From the NCBI GenBank assembly GCA_017437095.1, contig JAFSBW010000071.1:322-64321 (forward strand): a stretch of 64,000 nucleotides of DNA, written 5' to 3'. The DNA is from Oscillospiraceae bacterium (GTDB taxonomy: Bacteria; Bacillota; Clostridia; Oscillospirales; Oscillospiraceae). The notes under the pieces are model-generated. The model saw only the letters and a list, made by a program, of their open reading frames with translations. It was not told the DNA's origin and made no database searches. Shown one piece after another: positions 46,940 to 57,845 of this stretch (within the stretch, counting starts at the first letter, position 1; each line of letters begins with the position of its first letter). A program made the translations under genes and the position numbers.

Positions 46940-48823
46940 TTACTGGTCAATGGCCTGCTCCCAGGCGGTTTTTTCTGGCCAGCCGGTGGTGTCGAAGCAG
47001 TCGCGGATGCAGCGGCTGTAGTAGGCCAGCTTGTCGTCGATGGGGGTGTCCCCCTCAAAGGGCCAATAGATCTGGGCCATGGCATACTCCATAATGCGGG
47101 CTCTGTCCTCCGTGGGGAAGGTGCAGGCATAGTAGTCTACAAACCAGCCGTCATAGCGGGAGCTGCCCACATCGTCGGGCAGATAATCGTAGGAATAAGA
47201 GTAGCCAAAGCCCTTGGGCTGCAAGTCCATCCAGGCGCTGCCGCTGTACAGCGCCTCCGGGCGCAAGGAGGCATCGTATTCCAGGCGCTTATCGATAATA
47301 TGGGAAAACTCATGGTAATAGGTGTCGGTATAGGCATAGTCCACATCCACGACCACCAGGTAATGGTCGCCCTGCTCCTGGGCAAAGGCGGAGAAGGAGG
47401 TATAGGCGGCATCTTCTATCAGGTTTTTCTTTTGCAGGCCCCCGACAAACTCGATGCGGATGCTCTCCAGCTGGCCGTAGAGCAGCTGGGAGAAGAAGCC
47501 CTGGGGATACTGGCGCAAAGCCATCTCCAGCTGATCCAAAGCATAGGTAAGCTGGGCTTGCTCATAAACCTGGTAGCTGTAGTATTCATCGTAATCCAGC
47601 TGGCATTGGTCGGCAATGCGGATGTCCACACCGTAGGTTTCAGAAAGCTCCTCTGCCCGCCGGTAAAGGGCAGGCTGGGCAATATAGCCGCCGGGGGCAG
47701 CATCCGAATAAGGCAGCAAAGCAAGCTCCTGGCCGGAAACCTTTATAGAGGTATCCCAGAAATACAGCCGTGTTTCCTGCTCTTCGGTGCTTACGGGGAT
47801 CAGGTAGCCGCCCCAGGCATCGCACCACTGTGGGGTAACATAGTCGCAGGTGTGTTCCCCCTCCAAAACGCAGGCGGAAAGGAAATTGCCCTTGGCATCG
47901 TAAAGCATAAGGCCGTTGTTGGCCGGGTCAGAGATCAGCAGGCGGCCGTCGTCCAGCAATGTGACAGCGCCCTCCTGCTCATAAAAATAGCCTGCGCTGC
48001 CGCCGCTGGCCAGGTTATAGCGGAACCACTGGCCGTAGGCATTGGCAAATACCGTATCGCCGCAGATCTTGTACCAAGTGCCGAAAACCGGCGGCTCCAG
48101 CAGCTGCAATTGGTGGGTAAGGGTAGAAAACCTTGCCAGGCGCTGGCGCTGGGCGGCGCGGTCGATATAGCTGAGGATCATATCGTCCCCATCCCAGTTT
48201 AAGAGCATCAGCTCGGCAACACCCGTAAGCAGGGCAGTTTCCTGGCCGGTGGCCAGGTCTACCGCAGTCATCCCCTGCTCCCAATCGATCTTATAAAGGT
48301 GGGAAACATCCCGGCTGAGCTGCCAATCGGAAGCCAGCTCATCCCCCTCCAGGGTATGGCCGCTGAGCTTTTCCAGCTTTTCATTATAAATTTGGATATC
48401 GCCGAAGAAGCTATCCACAAATACCAGCTTATCCCCCTTGGCATAGGCGGTGGTATATCCGCTGCAGGGCAGGGTAAGCCGGGCTTGCACCGAGCCGTCT
48501 GCCCCGTTGACGGATACAACGCTGTAGGTAATGTTCTCAAAGGCTTCGTCAAAGGTAAAATCGCAAAACACAAGGCTTTGCCCGATCTGGTAAAGCTGGG
48601 TATAGCCCATAGCCTCTATCTCCGGGCAAGGGATGCGAAGCAGATTCGCCTGCCCCAGCACCGGCTGCCCCTGCTTTAAAAGGGCGGATATTTCCGGGGC
48701 GGGGGTAGTCCGCTCCGGGGTGGTAGCCCCGGGGGTAGTAGGGTCAGCGGGGCGGTTTGCCGGCTTGCGGCTGCAGCCTGCCAGCAAAAGCAGCGCCAGC
48801 AGCAAGGCAATGTATTTTTTCAT
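46940..48823 (-). CDS. Lipoprotein with C-terminal HExxH zinc-metallopeptidase-like domain
   Basis: MKKYIALLLALLLLAGC lipobox, Pro/Thr linker, YYHEFSHIID and TFPTEDRA. Confidence 0.8.
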   Translation of the reverse strand: MKKYIALLLALLLLAGCSRKPANRPADPTTPGATTPERTTPAPEISALLKQGQPVLGQANLLRIPCPEIEAMGYTQLYQIGQSLVFCDFTFDEAFENITYSVVSVNGADGSVQARLTLPCSGYTTAYAKGDKLVFVDSFFGDIQIYNEKLEKLSGHTLEGDELASDWQLSRDVSHLYKIDWEQGMTAVDLATGQETALLTGVAELMLLNWDGDDMILSYIDRAAQRQRLARFSTLTHQLQLLEPPVFGTWYKICGDTVFANAYGQWFRYNLASGGSAGYFYEQEGAVTLLDDGRLLISDPANNGLMLYDAKGNFLSACVLEGEHTCDYVTPQWCDAWGGYLIPVSTEEQETRLYFWDTSIKVSGQELALLPYSDAAPGGYIAQPALYRRAEELSETYGVDIRIADQCQLDYDEYYSYQVYEQAQLTYALDQLEMALRQYPQGFFSQLLYGQLESIRIEFVGGLQKKNLIEDAAYTSFSAFAQEQGDHYLVVVDVDYAYTDTYYHEFSHIIDKRLEYDASLRPEALYSGSAWMDLQPKGFGYSYSYDYLPDDVGSSRYDGWFVDYYACTFPTEDRARIMEYAMAQIYWPFEGDTPIDDKLAYYSRCIRDCFDTTGWPEKTAWEQAIDQ

Positions 48824-48859
48824 AGGCTTGCACCTCCCTTTCGGATCGCGGTTAATCAT

Positions 48860-50356
48860 TTATGTATCCTGCGCCCAGCTCTTTGCGCAGCGCAGGGCCT
48901 TGTTCCACTGCCGCAGGCGGCCGGCGCGCTGGACCTCGCCGATCTCCGGGGCGAAGCAGCGATCCACCGCCCAATGCTCCCGGATGGCTTCCTTGCTGGG
49001 CCAGTAACCCACGGCCAGGCCGGCAAGGTAGGCCGCGCCCATGGCGGTAGTTTCCACGCAGCGCGGGCGCAAGACCTGACCGCCGATGAGATCCGCCTGG
49101 GTCTGCATCAGGTAGTTGTTGGCGGATGCGCCGCCGTCTACCTTTAGGGCGGAAAGCCGGATGCCGGAATCGGCCTCCATAGCCCCCAGCACATCGCAGG
49201 TCTGGTAGCAAAGGCTATCCAGGGTTGCCCGGATGATATGGTACTTGTTGCAGCCCCGGGTAAGGCCCAGGATCGTACCCCGGGCGTACTGATCCCAATG
49301 GGGCGCGCCCAAGCCGGTAAAGGCCGGCACTACGAAGCAGCCGTTGGTATCGCTGACTTTCCTGGCCATATACTCAGAATCGGCAGCGGAATCGATAAGC
49401 TTCAGCTCGTCCCGCAGCCATTGGATGGCCGCGCCGGCTACAAAGATAGACCCCTCCAGGGCATACTCCACCTTGCCGTCTACGCCCCAGGCAACGGTAG
49501 TAACCAGGCCGTTTTGGCTGAACACCGGCTTTTCTCCCGTATTCATCAGCATAAAGCAGCCCGTGCCGTAGGTATTCTTGGCTTCGCCGGGGGTAAAGCA
49601 GGCCTGGCCGAACAGCGCCGCCTGCTGATCCCCCGCCGCGCCGGCGATGGGGATGGGCGCGCCAAAGAACTGGGCCTTGGCGTAGCCGTAAATTTCGGAG
49701 CTGGGGCGCACCTGGGGAAGCATCTGCGCAGGGATGTCCAGCAGCTGCAAGATTTCCTCGTCCCAGGTAAGGGTATTGATGTTAAAGAGCATGGTGCGCG
49801 AGGCGTTGGAATAATCTGTTACATGGCTTTCGCCCCCGGTAAGCTTCCAGATCAGCCAGGTCTCCACCGTGCCGAACAGCAGCTCTCCCCTTTCCGCCCG
49901 CTCCCGGGCGCCGGGAACATTTTCCAAGATCCAGCGCAGCTTGGTGCCGGAAAAATAGGCATCGATCACCAGGCCCGTCTTTTGGCGGAACCAATCGGTA
50001 AGCCCCCGGGCCTTCAGCTCGTCGCAATACTCGCTGGTGCGGCGGCACTGCCAAACAATGGCCTTGCACACCGGCTCGCCGGTAAATTTATCCCAAACCA
50101 GGGTAGTTTCCCGCTGGTTGGTAATACCGATGGCGGCAATGTCCCCCGCCTCCGCCCCGGCGTTGGCCATAGCCCGGCGGGCTACCTCCAGCTGAGTGGA
50201 AAAAATCTCGGCGGCGTCATGCTCTACCCAGCCGGGCTGGGGAAAATATTGGGTAAACTCCTTTTGGGCCAGGCCGCATACCTGGGCATCTTTATCAAAC
50301 AATATACAGCGGTTGGAAGTAGTTCCGGCGTCCAGCGCCATGATGTATTTTGGCAT
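48860..50356 (-). CDS. glpK: Glycerol kinase
   Basis: [50 protein letters not shown]. Confidence 0.97.
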   Translation of the reverse strand: MPKYIMALDAGTTSNRCILFDKDAQVCGLAQKEFTQYFPQPGWVEHDAAEIFSTQLEVARRAMANAGAEAGDIAAIGITNQRETTLVWDKFTGEPVCKAIVWQCRRTSEYCDELKARGLTDWFRQKTGLVIDAYFSGTKLRWILENVPGARERAERGELLFGTVETWLIWKLTGGESHVTDYSNASRTMLFNINTLTWDEEILQLLDIPAQMLPQVRPSSEIYGYAKAQFFGAPIPIAGAAGDQQAALFGQACFTPGEAKNTYGTGCFMLMNTGEKPVFSQNGLVTTVAWGVDGKVEYALEGSIFVAGAAIQWLRDELKLIDSAADSEYMARKVSDTNGCFVVPAFTGLGAPHWDQYARGTILGLTRGCNKYHIIRATLDSLCYQTCDVLGAMEADSGIRLSALKVDGGASANNYLMQTQADLIGGQVLRPRCVETTAMGAAYLAGLAVGYWPSKEAIREHWAVDRCFAPEIGEVQRAGRLRQWNKALRCAKSWAQDT

Positions 50357-50484
50357 AATATGGCCCTCCCCTGGTTTTCTGCTTCCATTATAGCTTCTGC
50401 CAAGCCCGTTTTCAACCCGGTTTCTTGACAGCGGCAGGGTTTTTTGTTAGTATAATTACAAAGCCTCAGGAAAGGAGCGCGCCT

Positions 50485-51141
50485 ATGCAGATCATTGACA
50501 CCATCCCCCTGCGCCACAGCGTGCGCAGCTTTTTAGATAAGCCCATCCACCCGGCCAAGGCCGCCCAGCTGCAGTATGTGATCGACGGGTGCAACCGGGA
50601 TTTCGGCACCCATATCCAGCTTGTTTTGGGTGACCCGGAGGTCTTCGCCAAGAAAAAGCCCTTTCAAAACGCCGTCAACTATATTGCCCTGGTAGGCAGC
50701 AAAAAGCGTGACCCCCAGGAGGCTCTGGGCTACTGCGGGCAGATGCTGGTTTTAAAAGCCCAGGCCATCGGCCTGAATACCTGCTGGGTTGCAGGCAGCT
50801 ACCGCAAGGGCAAGGTAAAGGCAGCCATCGGCAAGGGGGAAAAGCTCTACGCGGTGATCGCCCTGGGCTACGGCGAAAACCCCGGCAAGCTCCACAAGGA
50901 GCGCCCCATGGAAAAGCGGATGAAAGCCCCCCAGCCTGCCCCGGATTGGTTTTTGAACGGTATGGATGCCGCTATGCTGGCCCCCACCGCGCTGCACAAG
51001 CAGAACTTTGTTTTTACCCTGGAAGAGGATGACCGGGTAAAGCTGAAAAGCAAGGGCGTATGCAAAAAGCTGAACGCCGGCATTTTAAAATACCATTTTG
51101 AGCTGGGAGCGGGAAAAGAAAGCTTCCAATGGGCCAAATAA
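50485..51141 (+). CDS. Nitroreductase family protein
   Basis: RHSVRSF, GLNTCWV, IALGYG, LAPTA; AAGGAG SD. Confidence 0.9.
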   Translation: MQIIDTIPLRHSVRSFLDKPIHPAKAAQLQYVIDGCNRDFGTHIQLVLGDPEVFAKKKPFQNAVNYIALVGSKKRDPQEALGYCGQMLVLKAQAIGLNTCWVAGSYRKGKVKAAIGKGEKLYAVIALGYGENPGKLHKERPMEKRMKAPQPAPDWFLNGMDAAMLAPTALHKQNFVFTLEEDDRVKLKSKGVCKKLNAGILKYHFELGAGKESFQWAK

Positions 51142-51147
51142 ATCAGC

Positions 51148-51186
51148 AAAGCACCGTGGCAGTTTACAAACCGCCACGGTGCTTTT
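51148..51186. terminator. Bidirectional terminator
   Basis: AAAGCACCGTGGC/GCCACGGTGCTTT between convergent genes. Confidence 0.85.
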
Positions 51187-51189
51187 ACT

Positions 51190-54100
51190 TTATTCTACCG
51201 GGAAGCCATAGGCCACCATCTGCTCCCGGGTTAGGCCGAAGCGGCTCTGGAGCTGCCCCAGCAGATAGCCGTTGCGCTCCCGGGCAAACTGCCGCAGCTG
51301 CTCCACCTGCTTTTCCCAGGCGGTGTAGCTGGTATGCCAGCGCTTGCATTCCTTTTGCATATCCTGGCGCAGCAGCTCGTAAAACCCATCGATATGGGGG
51401 ATCAGGTTTTCCTCCGTCCAAACCTGACTCATCTGCCAGGCCATGCGCTCCATAAAATAATCCCGGTATTGGGGATTTTCCAGCAGCTTTACCGCAAAGG
51501 TGCGGGTAGTGATGTCAAAGCCCAGGCTGCTGTTCATAAGCAGGCCCAGGGTGCTTTCATGGGCGCGGATAAAGGCCAGATCGGTATCGAAGAAGATCCA
51601 GGTCCACTTATAGCCGGGGGCTGAGAAGAACTTCACATTGCCGGGATCCCGGTTGCTGATCCAGATCTGGGCGATCATAAAATCGGTATAATTCTCCACA
51701 TCGATCTGGGAAAGCACATAATCATAGTTTTCCTGCTTGGTCAGATCATTCCTGCGGGCAAAGGTCTTCAGGGCGTAAAAGGCATCGGAATCCGAGCCGT
51801 CCCAATGGCCCAAATCCACCGTTTCAGGCTCTACGCCGAAATTGCCGGCTACATAATGCTCGTTGATCTTTTCCCGGATAAAGTATACGCCCCAGTATTC
51901 GCCGTTGAGGTACAGCGCTACCGGGCGGTAATCCTGCACAGCCAGCCCAAGATATTCCCCGGCAAAGGAGGTTATCATTTCATCCTTAAAACGGCTGCCG
52001 GATGCCTCCTGCCCTCCGGCCCGAAGCACCAGGGCCTCATAGTAAGGCAGGCTGTCTTCGCCGAATACGGGGTAATCCAGCTGGCCCTTTCCGTAGCTCT
52101 TGCGGAACATGCAGGCAAAGCTCTTTTTGTTGTTGCCCCGGGAATAGCCGCCGAAGATCTTCAGGCCGCATTTCTGGGAAAAGCCGGTGCCGTCGTTTTC
52201 ATAAAGGCTGATGGAAGCGGCACGCTCCCAGTTTTGGTGGTAATTTGCCCCATAATAGGGATATTCCGCGCTGGCATTTGGGCCTGCGGCATAGATACCC
52301 CTGTCTGAGCCCCAAAGATCATTGGGCTCAATCATAACGCTGACGATGGGCAGGCTGTCGCCCTCGTTCACGGCGTACAGAAGATCTACCACATTGGAAG
52401 CCCGCTTGCCCTCTTCATAGCACACCACCCGCAGGGCCGTGGTCTCGGTAAGGCGGATAGGGCCGGTATACTTGCGGCTGCTCCTGCCGGGAATGCTGCC
52501 GTTGGTGGTGTAGTAGATCGTTCCGGGGGCGCTCAGCTCTACCTCTACATACTCTACCCCCTCATATTTGCCTGGGGCAGTAACGGCCACCGGGTCAGAA
52601 GACACGGCAGCCGTTTTGCTATTGGTTTTTCCGGGGGTAGGCTTTTCCAGCTGGCTAAATGCGCTGCTGCCCTGGGCGCGGCCGTAGGCAACATCGGTTT
52701 CCAGCTCGGGGATCAGCACATAGTCTTCAACAAGCCCCTCTTTGCTCAGGTATACACCTTCTCCCATGGAGGAAAGCTCCATAGGCACTACCGCGTAGCC
52801 GGCTCTTGCTTTGTCCGGGTCGGCAGTTAAAATGATCACGCAGTATTCCCCGGGGGCAAGGGTATGCTGGGGCAGCTGGTATTTGCCGGGGTACTTGGCG
52901 TTGTCCGAAAGGGTATAGCCGGAAAGCTCTATATTTTCCTTGCCGGCGTTATACAGCTCGATCCAGTCGCAAGCGGCGCCGTAGGGGCCGCGCAGGTAGC
53001 TAAGGTTGCTGGTCATCACTTCACTGATCACCAGAGCGCTGCTCTGCTGGGCCAGCAGGAAGCTTTCCTGGCCCTGGGCAGTGTTGGCAAAGCCCAGGGA
53101 TACCGGGGCAAAGCCGTAAGTAAGCTCGCCCTGGTTATCGCTGCTGCTCAGGCCCAGGCCGGGCTCTGCCTCAGCGCAGGTAACCAAGGGGGCGTGGCGG
53201 AAATCCGGCCCGGTAAGCATCAGGGTCTCTCCCTGGGAAAGGCCGAAGCCGCAGCCGGTATAATCGCAGCGCAGCACAAGGCTCTCGCCGCTTTTCAGCT
53301 TGGTTGCAGGCAGGGGGTAATCGTAGGGATCGCCGCCGTCGCAGATAAACCAACCCTCGGTAGATACGGTGGCGTTGGAGCGGTTGGTGATCTCGATATA
53401 GTCGCTGATCACGCCCTCATAGGGCACGCCGGCGGTGGACAGCACCACCTCGCTGATGATCAGCGGGCTTTCCGGGTTGGTACGCGATTGCAGGGCCTGG
53501 TCAATGCCCTCGTCTGTATTGGCAAAGCCAATGCTGGGCACACCGGCCACAAACTGGCCGCTGCCGTCCAGCTGCCAGGAGATATCCTCCCCCAGGCTCT
53601 GGCACTGGGCCTGAAGATAAGCGCCGGTGCTATCCGTCAGGTATACGCTCTCCCCGCGGGAAAGGCCAAAATTGGCGTGGATATACCCCTGGGAGTTTTC
53701 GTAACCCTCGCTGTCGCAGTAAATGACCAGGTAGCCCCCGGCCTCCAGGGTAATTTCCGGCAGGCGGTAGGCATAGCGGCAGGCCGCATCGTCAGAGAGG
53801 AAGAAATTGCTCAGCAGCAGCGCTTCGCCGGAAACATTGTGCAGCTCGATCACATCGGAGTAGATACCCAGCTCATCCGGACGGGTGCTTTCGTTGGAGA
53901 TCAGCACCTCGCTGATAACCAGCTGGGGATCGTTTTGCACGCTGCCCTGGCGGAAAGCGGCAAGGCCCTCGGCAGTATTGGGGAAATTGGGGCTGGCATC
54001 GCTGGAAAGCGTAAACTTACCGTCTACCAGCAGCATAACCTGATCCTGCCCCATGGCGGTGGTATTGGCCTGGGCGGCAATGGCTCCGTTGGGCGCTTTG

Positions 54101-54474
54101 AGCTGCACCGTATCGCCGCCGGTAGCGCCCAGAGCAAAGCCGGTAGTATCATCGCCCAGGAAAAGAATGCGGTACTCCCCCACGCCGATGGTAATATCCC
54201 CCAGCGGCTCGCTGGTCACCTTGCCGTCGGTAAGGGTAAAGCCCTTCAGGCTAACCGCTTCGGCGGGGGCGTAAAGCTCGATATAATCCCGGTATTTGCC
54301 GTCATTGGCGGGAATCACCGTCTCATTTTTGGCGCAGATCTCCGTAATCACCAGCTGGCCGGTATGCTTAGACTTCTCAGCGTTTTCCTTGCCACCGGAG
54401 CCAAGGGCAAACGCCCCAACTACCAGCAGTATTACTGCCAAAACCGCAACCACGGTCAAATTTCTATATTTCAA
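51190..54474 (-). CDS. Exported lamin-tail-domain repeat + CotH kinase-family protein (paralogue 1)
   Basis: TTG start after AAAGGAG; N-terminal hydrophobic helix; repeated I(T/S)E..D(Y/V/W)IE LTD-like modules; IYYTTNGSIP; GGYSR, KKSF, LNGEYWGVYFIREK, NRDPGN, FDTD. Confidence 0.88.
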   Translation of the reverse strand: MKYRNLTVVAVLAVILLVVGAFALGSGGKENAEKSKHTGQLVITEICAKNETVIPANDGKYRDYIELYAPAEAVSLKGFTLTDGKVTSEPLGDITIGVGEYRILFLGDDTTGFALGATGGDTVQLKAPNGAIAAQANTTAMGQDQVMLLVDGKFTLSSDASPNFPNTAEGLAAFRQGSVQNDPQLVISEVLISNESTRPDELGIYSDVIELHNVSGEALLLSNFFLSDDAACRYAYRLPEITLEAGGYLVIYCDSEGYENSQGYIHANFGLSRGESVYLTDSTGAYLQAQCQSLGEDISWQLDGSGQFVAGVPSIGFANTDEGIDQALQSRTNPESPLIISEVVLSTAGVPYEGVISDYIEITNRSNATVSTEGWFICDGGDPYDYPLPATKLKSGESLVLRCDYTGCGFGLSQGETLMLTGPDFRHAPLVTCAEAEPGLGLSSSDNQGELTYGFAPVSLGFANTAQGQESFLLAQQSSALVISEVMTSNLSYLRGPYGAACDWIELYNAGKENIELSGYTLSDNAKYPGKYQLPQHTLAPGEYCVIILTADPDKARAGYAVVPMELSSMGEGVYLSKEGLVEDYVLIPELETDVAYGRAQGSSAFSQLEKPTPGKTNSKTAAVSSDPVAVTAPGKYEGVEYVEVELSAPGTIYYTTNGSIPGRSSRKYTGPIRLTETTALRVVCYEEGKRASNVVDLLYAVNEGDSLPIVSVMIEPNDLWGSDRGIYAAGPNASAEYPYYGANYHQNWERAASISLYENDGTGFSQKCGLKIFGGYSRGNNKKSFACMFRKSYGKGQLDYPVFGEDSLPYYEALVLRAGGQEASGSRFKDEMITSFAGEYLGLAVQDYRPVALYLNGEYWGVYFIREKINEHYVAGNFGVEPETVDLGHWDGSDSDAFYALKTFARRNDLTKQENYDYVLSQIDVENYTDFMIAQIWISNRDPGNVKFFSAPGYKWTWIFFDTDLAFIRAHESTLGLLMNSSLGFDITTRTFAVKLLENPQYRDYFMERMAWQMSQVWTEENLIPHIDGFYELLRQDMQKECKRWHTSYTAWEKQVEQLRQFARERNGYLLGQLQSRFGLTREQMVAYGFPVE

Positions 54475-54513
54475 GAGAATCTCTCCTTTATGCATAAAGG
54501 GGTATTTGGAAAT

Positions 54514-54542
54514 AGTATACCATTGAATCGCAGCATTTGCAA
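54514..54542 (-). promoter_or_regulatory. sigmaA promoter, CotH paralogue 1
   Basis: TTGCAA-17 bp-TATACT with an extended TG. Confidence 0.75.
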
Positions 54543-54545
54543 TCC

Positions 54546-57500
54546 TTAATCTTCCGCCGGGAAGCCATATTCCTGCATCTGCGCCGGGGTGAGGTCAAAA
54601 TAATTTTGAATATGGCGGATAAAATAGCGGTTTCGCTGGTTGGCAAAGGAATGCATGGTTTCTACCGACCGCTGCCAGGCGGTGTAGCTTTTGTTCCAGC
54701 GGGCGGTATCCTTCTGCATATCCTGGCGGATCAGGCCGGATATTTCATCGATACGGCGGTTTACATTTTCCTCGGTCCAAACATTGGTAACCTGATAGGC
54801 GGCCCGCTGCAGGAAATAATCCCGGTAAGCTTCGTTTTTCAGCAGCTGCACCAGCAGCGAGCGGCAAATGCTGTCGTGATCCAGGCCGTGAAGATTCCGG
54901 TAGAGGGTATTGGCGCTGGGGTTAAACATGGACATATCCGTATCAAACAGCGCCCAGGTCCATTTCCCCTGGTCGTTCATAAAGAACTTTACATTGGAAT
55001 TGTCGGTGTTGTTGATCCACATCTGGGCGATCATATAGTCGGTATAGTTTTGAATATCCACACGGCTGGCAATATAGTCGTAATGCTCCTGGCGGGAAAG
55101 GTCATGGGTGCGGGCGTAGCGGGTAACCTCTACATAAGCTTTGAAGCTGGTGCCCGCGGTCTGGCACACGGTAACATCCTCCACCGGCATACCGTAATGC
55201 CCCGCCACATACTGCTCGTTCAGCTTTTCCCGCAGGTAGTATACGCCCCAGTAGCGGCCGTCCAGGTAAAGGTTTACCGGCCGGTAAGCCTGCACAGGAA
55301 GGCCCAGATGTTCCCCGGCCAGGGAGGTGATGGTTTCGTCACGCATGCGGGCGTGGTAAATATCCTGGCCGCCGGCCCGCAGCACGAAGGACTCATAGTA
55401 GGGCATATCCTCCCCTTCAAACAAGGGGTATTCCAGCTGGGAAAGCCCGTACGCATTGCGAAATACGCAGGCAAAGCTCTTTTTTTCATTGGCCCGGGAA
55501 AAGCCGCCGAAAATGCGGATGCCGCAGCTTACGGAAAAGGCGCAGCTGCCGTCGGTTTCTATCAGGGTAACGCTGGCGGGGTACTCCCAATCCTTCCAGA
55601 AATTGGCGCCATAATAGGGCGATTGGCTGCCCATCCCCGGGCCGTTGGCGTAGATGCCGGTATAGTGGTCGAAAAGGTTATCCGGGTCAGTTACGATGCT
55701 TACCACCGGCAGGGAATCGTTCTCGTTGATAAAATAGGAGAAATCCGCCACCGGGGAGGCATCCTTGCCCGGCTCGTAGCAAACTACCCGCAAAACCGTG
55801 GTCTTGCTTACGGTGATGGGGCCGGTATAAGGGGTAGAGGAGCGGTTGGGCGCAGTGCAGTTGGTGGTGTAGTAGAGCTGGCCCTGGCCCTGCAGAACGA
55901 TCTGCAGGCTCTGCACCCCATCGTAGCTGCCGGGGGCGGTAAGGGCCACGGGCGCCGCGGAGAGCTGGGCCTTGGCAGCGTTGGCCTTGCCGGGCGTGGG
56001 GGCGGAAAGCAGGGTAAATTCCAAGCTTTCCGCGCTGCGGCCGTAGCTGGTATTGCCTGCCAGGGCGGGCAGGATCACAAAGTCTTCTACCGCCGCTCCC
56101 TTGGCAAGGTACAGCCCCTCCCCTTCCGCGCTGAGCCCCAGAGAAAGGGCATAATAGCCCTGGGCAGAAGGCTCGCCGGTATTGTTCAGCAAAAGCAGCA
56201 CATATTTCCCCGGCGAAAGGGTAATATCCGGCAAGGCCACGGCATCCCGGCCGTCAGGGCGGGTAAAGAGGCTATAGTTTTTCAGCTGCACTGCCGATTC
56301 CCCGGCGTTATACAGCTCCACCCAATCGCAATAGCTGCCGGTAGGGCCCGGAAGGTAGCGGCTGTTGGCGCTCATTACCTCGCTGATGCGAAGCCCCTGG
56401 GGCGCGGAAGCCTTGGCGTAGCTCTCCCGGGCGGCATCGGTGTTGGCAAAGCCCAGGCTGGGCATATCCGTAACCCAGCCCTCCCCATCGGCGGCAAGCT
56501 GCCATGTTTTCCCCGGAGCGGCATCGGCGCAGAAGGCCTTGGGAGCATGGCGATAGTCCGGCCCGGTAAGCACCACCCTTTCCCCCTCGGCCAGAGAAAA
56601 CCCGGCGGCCTCATTGCAGGCGATCACCAGGCTCTGCCCCGGCTGCAAAAGCTGCTGGGGCAGCGGGCAGCGGTAGGGGTCGCCCCCGTCGGACAAAAAC
56701 CAGCCCTGGGTAGAAGCAGCCTGCTGCGAGCGGTTTGTAACCTCTACCAGATCCACAACCCTGCCGCCCCAGGCAATGCCGGACTGGGAAAGGGAAACTT
56801 CCGTAATAACCAAGGGGCTTTCCGGGTTAGACCGCTGGGCCTGAGCCTGGGCAATGCCCTCGGCGGTGTTGGCAAAGCCCAGGCTGGGAGCGGCGAACAC
56901 ATACACCCCCTGCTCCGTCAGCTGCCAGGAGGTGTCCTCCGGCATGGCTGGGCAGGAAAGGCAGGAATATACGCCCCCGGGCGCGGTAAGCACCAGGCTC
57001 TCTCCCCGGGAGAGGGAAAAATTGGCATGGATATAGCCCTCGGCGCTGATATAGTCCTCAGCGTCGCAATAAATAGTCAAATATTCCCCGGGCTGCAAAA
57101 AACGGTCCGGCAGGCGGTAGGCAAAGCGGTTTTGGGTGCTGTCAGAAAGAAAATAGCTGCCCAGATACACCGGGCTTTGGCTCAAATTGGTAAGCTCCAC
57201 CACATCGCTGTATGCCCCCAGCTCATCCGGCAGGGTGCTTTCGTTGGCGGTAAGCACCTCGCTGACGGCCAGCAGAGTAGGTTTTACCTCTTCGCCCAGG
57301 CGGAAAGCCGCAAGCCCCTGGGCATCGTTGGCAAAATTGGGGCTGGGCTGGCCGGTGCGCCAAGCGCCGCCGGAAAGGAGCAACGCCTGGTTTTCTGCCA
57401 GCTTGCGGGTAGTTACCCGGGCGACTACTTTGCCGGAAGGGTCTTTCAGCAGCAGCTCCTCGCCGCCGGCGGCATCCAAAGAAAAGCCGAAGCTATCCTT

Positions 57501-57809
57501 ACCCAGGAAAAACGCCCGGTACTCCCCTGCTGCCAGGGTAATATCCCCAAAGCTCTTGCCCACAAGCTCCCCCTTGCAAAGGGTATAGCCTTTCAGGTTG
57601 GCGCCCTGGGGGGCGTAAAGCTCGATATAATCCCGGTATTTGCCGCTGTGATCGGCAAGAATATCCGTATTGCTGGCGCACAGCTCCGTGATCTGCACCG
57701 CCTGACCGAGGGCCGCTTTGCCGGAACGCCCGGTAGCCAGCGCCAAAACGCCCGCAGCCGCCAACGCCGCCGCCAAAGCCGCGGCCAAGGCCCATTTTTT
57801 CAGTTTCAA
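54546..57809 (-). CDS. Exported lamin-tail-domain repeat + CotH kinase-family protein (paralogue 2)
   Basis: TTG start after AAGGGGGG; collinear with paralogue 1 (GKYRDYIELYAP, DELGxYSDVxEL, GGFSR, KKSFAC, YWGVYYLREK, NTDNSN, FDTD). Confidence 0.88.
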   Translation of the reverse strand: MKLKKWALAAALAAALAAAGVLALATGRSGKAALGQAVQITELCASNTDILADHSGKYRDYIELYAPQGANLKGYTLCKGELVGKSFGDITLAAGEYRAFFLGKDSFGFSLDAAGGEELLLKDPSGKVVARVTTRKLAENQALLLSGGAWRTGQPSPNFANDAQGLAAFRLGEEVKPTLLAVSEVLTANESTLPDELGAYSDVVELTNLSQSPVYLGSYFLSDSTQNRFAYRLPDRFLQPGEYLTIYCDAEDYISAEGYIHANFSLSRGESLVLTAPGGVYSCLSCPAMPEDTSWQLTEQGVYVFAAPSLGFANTAEGIAQAQAQRSNPESPLVITEVSLSQSGIAWGGRVVDLVEVTNRSQQAASTQGWFLSDGGDPYRCPLPQQLLQPGQSLVIACNEAAGFSLAEGERVVLTGPDYRHAPKAFCADAAPGKTWQLAADGEGWVTDMPSLGFANTDAARESYAKASAPQGLRISEVMSANSRYLPGPTGSYCDWVELYNAGESAVQLKNYSLFTRPDGRDAVALPDITLSPGKYVLLLLNNTGEPSAQGYYALSLGLSAEGEGLYLAKGAAVEDFVILPALAGNTSYGRSAESLEFTLLSAPTPGKANAAKAQLSAAPVALTAPGSYDGVQSLQIVLQGQGQLYYTTNCTAPNRSSTPYTGPITVSKTTVLRVVCYEPGKDASPVADFSYFINENDSLPVVSIVTDPDNLFDHYTGIYANGPGMGSQSPYYGANFWKDWEYPASVTLIETDGSCAFSVSCGIRIFGGFSRANEKKSFACVFRNAYGLSQLEYPLFEGEDMPYYESFVLRAGGQDIYHARMRDETITSLAGEHLGLPVQAYRPVNLYLDGRYWGVYYLREKLNEQYVAGHYGMPVEDVTVCQTAGTSFKAYVEVTRYARTHDLSRQEHYDYIASRVDIQNYTDYMIAQMWINNTDNSNVKFFMNDQGKWTWALFDTDMSMFNPSANTLYRNLHGLDHDSICRSLLVQLLKNEAYRDYFLQRAAYQVTNVWTEENVNRRIDEISGLIRQDMQKDTARWNKSYTAWQRSVETMHSFANQRNRYFIRHIQNYFDLTPAQMQEYGFPAED

Positions 57810-57845
57810 AGCGATCCCCCCTTGTTTTTTTGGGATTTTCATTAT

